A DNA stretch of 32,000 bases, from positions 1,140,001 to 1,172,000 of the forward strand of contig NC_004460.2 of the NCBI RefSeq assembly GCF_000039765.1, read 5' to 3'. The position numbers were made by a program, and so were the translations under genes. Positions 19,861-27,509 of the stretch are shown here, piece by piece. The stretch comes from Vibrio vulnificus CMCP6. Lineage in GTDB: Bacteria > Pseudomonadota > Gammaproteobacteria > Enterobacterales > Vibrionaceae. The notes under the pieces are model-generated. The model made no database searches. It saw only the letters and a program-made list of their open reading frames with translations, and was not told where the DNA came from. Position 1 is the first letter of the stretch; the number at the start of each line of letters is the position of its first letter.

Positions 19861-19905
19861 AATCAAAATAATCACAAATGAGCATTGCATGATTACTTTT
19901 GATTG
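19861..19905. promoter_or_regulatory. Second cluster of the same word nearer ulaA
   Basis: AATCA (19861-19865), TAATCAC (19869-19875), TGATTAC (19890-19896) and TGATTG (19900-19905). Confidence 0.4.
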
Positions 19906-20011
19906 TTAAAGTTTATTTCGTGAGCAATAACTGAGTAGATTCTTACCCTACAAAGGAATCCTCTCTGACCTACAAACGATTACAAATACAAATCCATCAA
20001 GGGGTAAAGAT

Positions 20012-21772
20012 ATGGAGTTCTTATACGACATCTTCTATATTTTTTACAGCCAAGTCATGACCAAAGCCCCGTTGCTACTGGGCTTAGTGACATTAATTGG
20101 CTACTGGCTGCTAAGAAGAGACACCACCACCATCATCAAAGGTTCGATCAAAACGATCGTCGGTTTCATGTTGGTTCAAGTTGGGGCGGGTACCCTCGTC
20201 GCTGGCTTTAAACCTGTGATTTCCAAACTTTCTGAGTTTCATGGACTAACGGGTTCTGTCATCGATCCCTACACATCGATGATGTCCACCATGGAAACCA
20301 TGGGCGACAATTATTCTTGGGTTGGCTATACGGTGCTGCTTGCACTGGGTATCAACATTCTTTTAGTGCTGTTCCGTCGCTACACGGGGATCCGCACCAT
20401 CATGCTGACTGGTCACATCATGTTCCAGCAAGCGGGCTTGATTGCGGTGTTCTACTTTGTGCTTGGTACAAGCATGTGGGAAACCATCATCTACTCGGCA
20501 GTGCTGATGGCGCTCTACTGGGGCATTTCATCCAACATCATGTTTAAACCCACGGAGGAAGTGACGGGTGGCGCAGGCTTCTCGATTGGTCACCAACAAC
20601 AAGTAGCCTCTTGGATCGCCACCAAAGTAGCGCCCAAACTGGGTGACAAAAATGACAGCGTCGATCATCTAGAACTGCCGAAATGGCTGCACATTTTCCA
20701 CGACAGCATCGCGGCAACCGCTATCGTCATGACCGTCTTCTTCGGCATCATTTTATTGTCTTTTGGTTTGGATAACCTGCAAGCCATGGCGGGCGGCACC
20801 CACTGGAGCATCTACATTCTCGAAACCGGTTTGAAATTTGCGGTTGCCATTCAAGTCATCGTGGCAGGTGTGCGCATGTTCGTGGCTGAGCTGTCTGAAG
20901 CGTTTAAAGGCATTTCTGAACGGGTCATCCCCAATGCCGTACTGGCGATTGACTGTGCTGCTATTTACGCCTTCTCTCCTAACGCAATGGTGTTTGGTTT
21001 CATGTGGGGTGCTGTGGGTCAGTTTACCGCCGTGCTGGCCATGTTGGCCTTCGATGCGCCTATCATGATCATCCCAGGCTTTATCCCAATGTTCTTCTCC
21101 AACGCGACCATCGGTGTTTTTGCCAACCACTTCGGTGGCTGGAAAGCGGTGATGAAGATCTGTTTCGTCATGGGCATTATCGAAGTCGTCGGCTCTGCTT
21201 GGGCTATCCACCTCTTTAACCAACAAGGCACCGAATTCAATGGTTGGATGGGGATGGCAGACTGGGCACTGGTCTTCCCACCGATCATGCAAGGTCTCTC
21301 TGCATCGAAAATGTTCTTCTTTGTCTTGGTTGGCCTCTCTCTGGTTTATATGTTCTTTGCATCACGCAAGCTGCGCTCAGAAGAAGATGCGCAAGGCACG
21401 GTCGTGGTCAGTGAAGAGCCTGACGTCATTGAAGCGGTAGAACAAGCCATCAAAGCCAGTGATGGTGTGCGCCCGGTCAGCATTCTTGCCGTGTGTGGTA
21501 ACGGTCAAGGCTCCTCGATGATGATGAAGATGAAGATCGGCAAATATCTAGAGAAAAAAGGCATTCCTCATGTGATGGATTCATGCGCCGTCTCTGACTA
21601 CAAGTCGAAACTGGCCAGCACCGACATCATCGTCTCCTCTAAGCACTTATCTGCTGAGATGGAACCTGGCGAAGGCAAATTTGTTCTTGGGGTGCAAAAC
21701 ATGCTGAACCCGAATTCGTTTGGCGATGAGCTGCTCGACATCATCAACAAGAACTTTGTCTCGGCTAAATAA
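20012..21772 (+). CDS. ulaA: PTS ascorbate-specific EIIC fused to EIIB (UlaA-UlaB fusion)
   Basis: The first ~465 aa align by eye with E. coli UlaA ([24 protein letters not shown]..., [46 protein letters not shown]). The last ~100 aa match UlaB ([19 protein letters not shown]), with the phospho-Cys codon at 21494-21496. AAGGGG SD. Confidence 0.92.
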   Translation: MEFLYDIFYIFYSQVMTKAPLLLGLVTLIGYWLLRRDTTTIIKGSIKTIVGFMLVQVGAGTLVAGFKPVISKLSEFHGLTGSVIDPYTSMMSTMETMGDNYSWVGYTVLLALGINILLVLFRRYTGIRTIMLTGHIMFQQAGLIAVFYFVLGTSMWETIIYSAVLMALYWGISSNIMFKPTEEVTGGAGFSIGHQQQVASWIATKVAPKLGDKNDSVDHLELPKWLHIFHDSIAATAIVMTVFFGIILLSFGLDNLQAMAGGTHWSIYILETGLKFAVAIQVIVAGVRMFVAELSEAFKGISERVIPNAVLAIDCAAIYAFSPNAMVFGFMWGAVGQFTAVLAMLAFDAPIMIIPGFIPMFFSNATIGVFANHFGGWKAVMKICFVMGIIEVVGSAWAIHLFNQQGTEFNGWMGMADWALVFPPIMQGLSASKMFFFVLVGLSLVYMFFASRKLRSEEDAQGTVVVSEEPDVIEAVEQAIKASDGVRPVSILAVCGNGQGSSMMMKMKIGKYLEKKGIPHVMDSCAVSDYKSKLASTDIIVSSKHLSAEMEPGEGKFVLGVQNMLNPNSFGDELLDIINKNFVSAK

Positions 21773-21780
21773 CCCTAATG

Positions 21781-21862
21781 ACTCAATAAGCTTTAGTTAC
21801 TTAATAAGCTTAGTTACTCAACAAGCGTAGTTATTCAACAAGCATAGTTACTCAATTACTTA
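21781..21862. repeat. 17-bp tandem repeat, about 4.5 copies, consensus ACTCAAyAAGCnTAGTT
   Basis: The units are 21781-21798 (18 nt), 21799-21815, 21816-21832, 21833-21849 and a partial unit at 21850-21862. The array lies in the ulaAB-ulaC intergenic region, and every unit contains stop codons. Confidence 0.85.
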
Positions 21863-21872
21863 TAACAAACGA

Positions 21873-21893
21873 GGTGCCAGTAAAGCTGGCACC
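21873..21893 (+). other. Hairpin immediately upstream of the ulaC ribosome-binding site
   Basis: GGTGCCAG (21873-21880) pairs with CTGGCACC (21886-21893) around a 5-nt loop. There is no U-tract. The SD GGAGA lies at 21900-21904 and the ATG at 21912. Confidence 0.5.
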
Positions 21894-21911
21894 CAACCTG
21901 GAGATAGAACA

Positions 21912-22388
21912 ATGGGATTAAAACAATCACTGATCGAGAACAACTCAATCAAGTTGCAAGCACAAGCGTCTAACTGGCGCGACGCGATCAAGATTGGCAC
22001 AGATATGCTGATTGCCTCTGGCGCGATTGAGCCTTGCTACCATGACGCGATCATCAGCAGCGTTGAAGAGCTCGGCCCTTACATCTGCATCGCGCCTAAC
22101 CTCGCCTTGCCACACGCACGTCCAGAAAACGGCGTAAATCGCACCGCTTTTGCACTCGTGACCCTAGAAACACCCATCTACTTCGAAGGTGAAGACGAAC
22201 CTGTCGATGTGCTGATCACACTCGCGGGCAGCTCTTCTGACGAACACATGGAAGGGCTAATGGAAGTGACCCAGGTCTTGGATGACGAAGAGAGCGACAC
22301 TGGCGTTGATCTGGATAAACTTCGCCGCTGCCGCAGCCTCAGCGATGTCTTCAACGTCATAGATGACGCTCTGGCTATGACAGCCTAA
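21912..22388 (+). CDS. ulaC: PTS ascorbate-specific EIIA
   Basis: SLIENNSIKLQAQASNWRDAIKIG...GPYICIAPNLALPHARPENGV matches E. coli UlaC as recalled, including the phospho-His context. Confidence 0.9.
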   Translation: MGLKQSLIENNSIKLQAQASNWRDAIKIGTDMLIASGAIEPCYHDAIISSVEELGPYICIAPNLALPHARPENGVNRTAFALVTLETPIYFEGEDEPVDVLITLAGSSSDEHMEGLMEVTQVLDDEESDTGVDLDKLRRCRSLSDVFNVIDDALAMTA

Positions 22389-22397
22389 GGAGGAATC

Positions 22398-23090
22398 ATG
22401 TATAGCGAACTGAAACAACGCGTGCTCGAAGCCAACCTCAAACTGCCCAAATACGGTTTGGTCACTTTTACCTGGGGCAATGTCTCTGAAATTGACCGTG
22501 AACGCGGCGTGATCGCGATTAAGCCATCAGGCGTTGAGTACGAGGGAATGCAGGTAGAACATATCGTTGTCGTTGATCTCGATGGCAACATCATTGAGGG
22601 CAACCTGAACCCATCCAGCGATACCGCGACGCATCTCGAAATCTACAAAGCGTTTCCAGACGTTGGCGGCGTGGTTCATACCCACTCACGCAGCGCGACG
22701 ATTTGGGCACAAGCAGGGATCGACATTCCGGCACTCGGTACCACTCATGCCGACTATTTTTATGGCGACATTCCCTGCACGCGAAAACTGTCGCAAAGCG
22801 AGATTGCGCAAGAGTACGAGAAGAACACCGGGTTAGTGATTGTGGAAGAGTTTCGTCATCGTCGTATCGATCCAATGGCTGTCCCAAGCGTGATTGTCGC
22901 AGGTCATGCACCTTTCTCTTGGGGTAGCAATGCCGATGATGCGGTGCACAACGCAGTGGTACTGGAAGAGATTTCTGCCATGGCTCTCGCCACTCGCTCG
23001 CTCAACAGCGGCATCAAGATCCAGCCAGAACTGTCAGACAAACATTACCTGCGTAAGCACGGTGAAAACGCCTACTACGGACAGAGGTAA
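22398..23090 (+). CDS. ulaF: L-ribulose-5-phosphate 4-epimerase (class II aldolase fold)
   Basis: [42 protein letters not shown]...VVHTHS is AraD/SgbE/UlaF-type. The ula context favours UlaF. AGGAGG SD. Confidence 0.9.
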   Translation: MYSELKQRVLEANLKLPKYGLVTFTWGNVSEIDRERGVIAIKPSGVEYEGMQVEHIVVVDLDGNIIEGNLNPSSDTATHLEIYKAFPDVGGVVHTHSRSATIWAQAGIDIPALGTTHADYFYGDIPCTRKLSQSEIAQEYEKNTGLVIVEEFRHRRIDPMAVPSVIVAGHAPFSWGSNADDAVHNAVVLEEISAMALATRSLNSGIKIQPELSDKHYLRKHGENAYYGQR

Positions 23091-23094
23091 CAAG

Positions 23095-23916
23095 ATGTAC
23101 AAAGTGCTTGCGTTAGATTTAGACGGAACTGTGCTCACCGATGATCACAGCATTCATCCGGAAGTAAAAAGCGCGATTATGGAGGCAAAACACAAGTGTC
23201 ACGTGGTGATCGTTACTGGACGCCATCATACTGCGGCGCGTCCGTACTACGATGAACTGGGCTTGACCACGCCGATCATCTGCTGCAACGGCACTTATGT
23301 CTACGACTACCACAATGACCAAGTATTGAAACACAACTCAATCAACAAAGAAGACGCACTGACCTTCATCGCGCTGGCGAAAGAGTTTCAGGTCAAGATG
23401 GTGATGTACGTGACCGATGCGATGACCTACTCCAACTACAACCCTATTCACTATATGGAAGCGCTGGAAAAGTGGGCCAAAACGGCCCCGAAACACCACC
23501 AGCCGAAGATCTACAAAATCGACTCATTCAGCGATCAAGTTCGTGACACGGAATATGTCTGGAAATTTGTGGTGGAAGGGCTGCCAAGCTCGGTTGAACG
23601 CTTACTCGAGAACCCATGGGTCAGCGCAAAATTTAACGGCGAACGCTCTTGGTCGAATCGCATCGACTTTGCAGCAAAAGGCAACAGCAAAGGCTTAAGA
23701 CTGGCGGAATACGTTTCTGAGCTGGGTTATCACCCGAATCATGTCATTGCCGTGGGGGATAACCACAATGATATTTCCATGCTCCGTTACGCCGGATTAG
23801 GCGTTGCCATGAATAACGCAGACGAGACGGTGCGTGCTAACGCTCGCTTGGTTTGCGAAACCGATAACAACCATGACGGATTAGCCCGTCTGATACGTGA
23901 AAAAATTCAAGGATAA
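23095..23916 (+). CDS. Cof-type HAD-IIB sugar-phosphate phosphatase
   Basis: HAD motif I LALDLDGTVL is at the N-terminus, with a cap region and motif IV AVGDNHNDISML. The ATG at 23095 has AGAGG upstream. The tracker ORF start at 22894 overlaps ulaF in another frame and is rejected. Confidence 0.85.
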   Translation: MYKVLALDLDGTVLTDDHSIHPEVKSAIMEAKHKCHVVIVTGRHHTAARPYYDELGLTTPIICCNGTYVYDYHNDQVLKHNSINKEDALTFIALAKEFQVKMVMYVTDAMTYSNYNPIHYMEALEKWAKTAPKHHQPKIYKIDSFSDQVRDTEYVWKFVVEGLPSSVERLLENPWVSAKFNGERSWSNRIDFAAKGNSKGLRLAEYVSELGYHPNHVIAVGDNHNDISMLRYAGLGVAMNNADETVRANARLVCETDNNHDGLARLIREKIQG

Positions 23917-23921
23917 GCATC

Positions 23922-24569
23922 ATGACTAAACCAATGATCCAAATCGCCCTCGATCAAACCAATCTTACCGATGCCATTGCCGTGGCGAGCAACGTTCACA
24001 GCTATGTCGATGTGATTGAAGTCGGCACCATTTTAGCGTTTGCCGAAGGGATGAACGCCGTATCAACATTGCGTGAGAACCACCCTGATCACATTCTGGT
24101 CTGCGACATGAAAACCACTGACGGCGGCGCAATTTTAGCTCGCATGGCCTTTGAAGCTGGAGCCGATTGGATAACGGTTTCAGCCGCGGCGCACATTGCG
24201 ACGATTGAAGCGTGTAAAAAAGTCGCCGACGAGTTCAATGGTGAAATCCAAATTGAGATCTATGGCAACTGGACCATGCAAGATGCGCAAGCGTGGGTAG
24301 ATCTTGGTATCACTCAAGCGATTTACCACCGCTCTCGCGACGCTGAACTGGCCGGCGTGGGTTGGACAGAAGCCGACCTAAATAAAATGAGACAGCTTTC
24401 TCAACTGGGCCTTGAGCTTTCGATTACAGGCGGCATCGTGCCTGAAGATATCTACCTGTTTGAAGGCATCAAAGCAAAAACCTTTATTGCTGGGCGTGCA
24501 CTCGCAGGCGAACAAGGGCAGCAAACCGCAGAAGCACTGAAAGCACAAATCAACCGCTACTGGAATTAG
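23922..24569 (+). CDS. ulaD: 3-keto-L-gulonate-6-phosphate decarboxylase
   Basis: IQIALDQTNL...VDVIEVGTIL...IYHRSRDAELAGVGW...FIAGRA matches E. coli UlaD/SgbH as recalled. Confidence 0.9.
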   Translation: MTKPMIQIALDQTNLTDAIAVASNVHSYVDVIEVGTILAFAEGMNAVSTLRENHPDHILVCDMKTTDGGAILARMAFEAGADWITVSAAAHIATIEACKKVADEFNGEIQIEIYGNWTMQDAQAWVDLGITQAIYHRSRDAELAGVGWTEADLNKMRQLSQLGLELSITGGIVPEDIYLFEGIKAKTFIAGRALAGEQGQQTAEALKAQINRYWN

Positions 24570-24577
24570 GGGGAGGT

Positions 24578-25459
24578 ATGTATCAGAACTTACAACGCCA
24601 TCGCGTCGGCTTATATGAAAAAGCGCTGCCAAACTCGTTGAGCTGGGAAGAAAAACTCAGCGTCACCAAAGAGCTTGGTTTTGACTTTCTCGAGATTTCT
24701 GTGGATGAATCGGACGAACGACGCAGCCGCCTTGATTGGGATAACGCCACTGTCTACGCATTGCGTCACCAATGCGAACGCTACGGACTGCCGCTGCATT
24801 CCATGTGTTTAAGCGCGCACCGCAAGTTTCCATTTGGCTCGGCCGACGCAAAAATCCGTGAGCAAGCGTTGCTGCACATGGAAAAAGCCATTGCATTGGC
24901 TTATAAGCTCGGCATTCGCACTATTCAGTTGGCGGGTTACGACGTTTACTACGAACCGGCGAATCGAGCTACCCATCTGCGCTTTATTGAGGGGATGAAA
25001 CTGGCAGCCAAACTGGCTGAGCGAGCTGGCGTGATGCTGGCGGTTGAAATCATGGATACCGACTACCTGAATTCACTCAGCAAGTTTGAGGTGCTCAATC
25101 GTGAAGTAAACTCACCGTATTTCACCGCTTATCCGGATGTCGGCAACATCTCGGGCTGGAACTACGATGTGTGTACCGAGCTGAAACTGAGTAAGCCCCA
25201 CATTACACAAATCCATCTCAAAGATACGCACCGCGTGACACCGGACTCGCAAGGGCAGTTCAGAGACTTAGTGATTGGAGATGGCGAAGTGAACTTTGAT
25301 GCGATCTTTAAAACCTTAAAAGAGACCGACTGTGTGGTGCCATTGGTGATAGAAATGTGGGCACAAGACGAAGATTGGCGTGCGCACATTCATACTGCGC
25401 AGCAACGCTTAAACCGAGCTTGTGACCACGCAGATTTACCTCGGTTGTTTGCCGCTTAG
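24578..25459 (+). CDS. ulaE: L-ribulose-5-phosphate 3-epimerase (L-xylulose-5-phosphate 3-epimerase)
   Basis: GLYEKALP...LGFDFLEISVDESDERRSRLDW...IQLAGYDVYYE matches E. coli UlaE/SgbU as recalled. GGGAGG SD. Confidence 0.9.
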   Translation: MYQNLQRHRVGLYEKALPNSLSWEEKLSVTKELGFDFLEISVDESDERRSRLDWDNATVYALRHQCERYGLPLHSMCLSAHRKFPFGSADAKIREQALLHMEKAIALAYKLGIRTIQLAGYDVYYEPANRATHLRFIEGMKLAAKLAERAGVMLAVEIMDTDYLNSLSKFEVLNREVNSPYFTAYPDVGNISGWNYDVCTELKLSKPHITQIHLKDTHRVTPDSQGQFRDLVIGDGEVNFDAIFKTLKETDCVVPLVIEMWAQDEDWRAHIHTAQQRLNRACDHADLPRLFAA

Positions 25460-25527
25460 TTCAACGCCACAAACGGCGGCAAAAATCATCTCAAAAGACC
25501 AACAGACCCTAATATCGTTTTTCTGTT

Positions 25528-25557
25528 TCGGCGTTCATGGAGTGAGCGCCGATTTTT
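25528..25557 (+). terminator. Probable rho-independent terminator of the ula operon
   Basis: TCGGCG (25528-25533) pairs with CGCCGA (25547-25552), followed by TTTTT. The stem is short and the loop is 13 nt. Confidence 0.5.
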
Positions 25558-25571
25558 CCCACTCTGGGAAC

Positions 25572-25602
25572 GTGCAGTTTTGCCCCCCGTAGAAAACTGC
25601 AC
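25572..25602. other. Second strong hairpin downstream of the ula operon
   Basis: GTGCAGTTTT (25572-25581) pairs with AAAACTGCAC (25593-25602), a 10-bp perfect stem. The 11-nt loop GCCCCCCGTAG is C-rich, and TCTTTCAT follows. Confidence 0.45.
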
Positions 25603-25645
25603 TCTTTCATCTGATTGGTTGACTTACTATTTTGCTTAGCGCACA

Positions 25646-26110
25646 GTGGCGATCACGCCTTATGAAACTCTGTTGATTTTAATGAAATTACTCCATCTAC
25701 AACTGTTCTGGTACGAAAAACATCACACCTTATTGGAGATGGAAGACCTCCCCATTCTTACCCCTGCGCAAGAAAAAGAGCTGCGTGAGTGGGCGAAAAC
25801 TCGCCGCAAAATTCTGAGCTATGAAGTGCATCAACACGCTTGGTTAAAAGTGAATGTCGACGGCTTTTCTTCCACATTACATCTCAGACCCAATGGCACG
25901 TTGGTGGAAAAAGATCTCTTCAGTGAAAAAGCCCTTCAGGGACTTTGGAAAGTCATAGACGGTTTTTTGTTTATCAAGGTGATCAGTGGCGAGTTTATTG
26001 TCGAGTATCAAATCGTAGGAAACAAAGAGCAGAACATTCACTGCGGCATTGAATACATTAATGGCAAAGTCAGCACATACAGCAAATTTGCCCAAATCAT
26101 GAGTGCGTAA
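25646..26110 (+). CDS. Hypothetical protein (orphan; start uncertain)
   Basis: A 154-codon ORF from the GTG at 25646. In-frame ATGs lie at 25682 and 25739; the latter has GGAG directly abutting it. I recognise no family. It is followed by a strong terminator. Coding status rests only on ORF length and the plausible soluble-protein composition of the C-terminal ~120 aa. Confidence 0.5.
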   Translation: MAITPYETLLILMKLLHLQLFWYEKHHTLLEMEDLPILTPAQEKELREWAKTRRKILSYEVHQHAWLKVNVDGFSSTLHLRPNGTLVEKDLFSEKALQGLWKVIDGFLFIKVISGEFIVEYQIVGNKEQNIHCGIEYINGKVSTYSKFAQIMSA

Positions 26111-26129
26111 ACAATCCTTTCCTAAGAAA

Positions 26130-26157
26130 AAAGGGAGATGTAGCCATCTCCCTTTTT
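26130..26157. terminator. Bidirectional terminator hairpin (copy B of the duplicated 26-nt palindrome)
   Basis: AAAGGGAGATG-TAGC-CATCTCCCTTT (26130-26155) is flanked by an A-run and a T-run. It matches 17642-17667 at 25 of 26 positions. It sits between convergent genes. Confidence 0.8.
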
Positions 26158-26196
26158 CGTTCATGATAACGTGTATTTCATGGCGAAACAGCGTCG

Positions 26197-27174
26197 TTAC
26201 AACACCGCTTTGCGTTTGGGTAAAAAGACTTCCCCAAGCATGCAGCGTACTGAGCCGCCGCCTATGTCTTCAATGGTCGTCACGTCAAACGGCAGCAGCT
26301 TACCGTGCGTTGCCAGTTGATTGCGCTGCGCTTCTGAAAACGCATCATAAGCCGATTGCGACATCGCGATCACTTTGCTGCCATTGACCGTTTCCAGTTG
26401 CAGGATGTTGCCGCAAAAACGGTTCATCTGCTCAATAGAAATGGATATCACCTGCTTGTCTTTGGCCAGTGATTTCAAGACGAAACGGCGCTCAAACTCA
26501 GGGATCACTTCATCGCAAATCACACAAAATTGCTCACCAATCGCCATCATTACGTTGGTGTGGTAAATCGGTTTTCCCGATGGCAACAGCGTTTGGAAGG
26601 AGATCACACGCTCGTAACCGATGCGTTTGGCGTACTCTTCTAATACAAGGCGATCACAACGCTGCGACAATGCGGCATAAATGGTGCGATTCAGATGGTC
26701 AATCACCATCACGCCTGTGCTTTCTAAGAACGCCTCTTCCGTCACGTAATCGGTCAACGAATCTTGGCGATGTACTTCGCGGCCAGCGGCGGCCAGTGCT
26801 TCAATCAAAGCTTGTGGACGCACTTCTTCGCGGCGGTTTTCACACGCCATCGGGAAGGTATAAAAGCCCCCTTCCGCCGTGGTGCTAAACCAGTTGTTGG
26901 GGAATACCGCGTCGGGAGTCGCAATGTCCGATTCAGGGTAGTCAAACTCCACCACTTGCACCCCTTCCTGACGAAGTTTGCTCACCATTGCGCGGAATTC
27001 GGCCAATGTTTTGTTTCTCACCTCTTCCTGAGAGAGGGCGATCTGATTCTGAAATTCGTTGTCACGCGCGGTTTCTTCATTAAAGCGAAACTCTTTTGGC
27101 GGCACCATTACCACACAGTCTGCATTTTGGGTCGCATCAAGCTGAGGTCGTATTGTCTCATTCGGTAACAGCAT
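26197..27174 (-). CDS. Arginine deiminase-related / amidinotransferase-fold protein (guanidino-group modifying enzyme superfamily, CtlX-like)
   Basis: It has the N-terminal VVMVPPKEFRFNEETARDNEFQN block and the C-terminal GGGSVRCMLGEVF block (catalytic Cys context) typical of this family as recalled. The ATG at 27174 has AAGGAA 8 nt upstream. The tracker start at 27192 is GTG. Confidence 0.7.
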   Translation of the reverse strand: MLLPNETIRPQLDATQNADCVVMVPPKEFRFNEETARDNEFQNQIALSQEEVRNKTLAEFRAMVSKLRQEGVQVVEFDYPESDIATPDAVFPNNWFSTTAEGGFYTFPMACENRREEVRPQALIEALAAAGREVHRQDSLTDYVTEEAFLESTGVMVIDHLNRTIYAALSQRCDRLVLEEYAKRIGYERVISFQTLLPSGKPIYHTNVMMAIGEQFCVICDEVIPEFERRFVLKSLAKDKQVISISIEQMNRFCGNILQLETVNGSKVIAMSQSAYDAFSEAQRNQLATHGKLLPFDVTTIEDIGGGSVRCMLGEVFLPKRKAVL

Positions 27175-27509
27175 CTGTTCATTCCTTATCACTAGATAAG
27201 GCAGATTGTAAATTTATTGTTAACTCTGTTTTTACTGAATTTCAGCTTTCCCGACACGGGGGAAAGTAATAATTACCGCATAAAAGGCATTTGTCAGTAA
27301 TTTTTATGGTCACCATTGCTATCTATTGCAACTTCACTGCACACTTCATTGCGATAAGGCTGAGAAATCCCTTAGGATATGCCGCAAAGTGATAACCAAC
27401 TGGTTACATTTAGCCCATCAATCCGTTAGACTACTTTTCGCCCTTCCACCACTTCTTTTTTTACCCGCACCTTCTGGCAGTGTGGGCGTTGTTATTTTTA
27501 GGAAGCGTT

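Noticed and set aside
19685-19885. A 66-aa minus-strand ORF in the ulaR/ulaA intergenic region
   Set aside because: It is an AT-rich control region packed with operator-like repeats. The translation is Ile/Phe/Lys/Asn-rich as expected by chance, and there is no RBS.
20317-21440. Multiple sense-shifted and antisense ORFs inside ulaA (for example 20753-21292, 179 aa; 21019-21288; 21004-21219)
   Set aside because: They overlap a gene that aligns end to end with E. coli UlaA. Their translations are compositionally odd and they have no independent start signals.
21781-21862. The tandem 17-bp repeat considered as a possible CRISPR array
   Set aside because: The units are contiguous with no spacers, are only 17 bp long and have no internal palindrome. 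No cas genes are present. It is a minisatellite, not a CRISPR array.
22894-23094. A 67-codon N-terminal extension of the Cof phosphatase ORF that overlaps ulaF
   Set aside because: The extension lies in an alternative frame of ulaF. HAD motif I (DLDGT) should sit near the N-terminus, and the ATG at 23095 has a proper SD (AGAGG).
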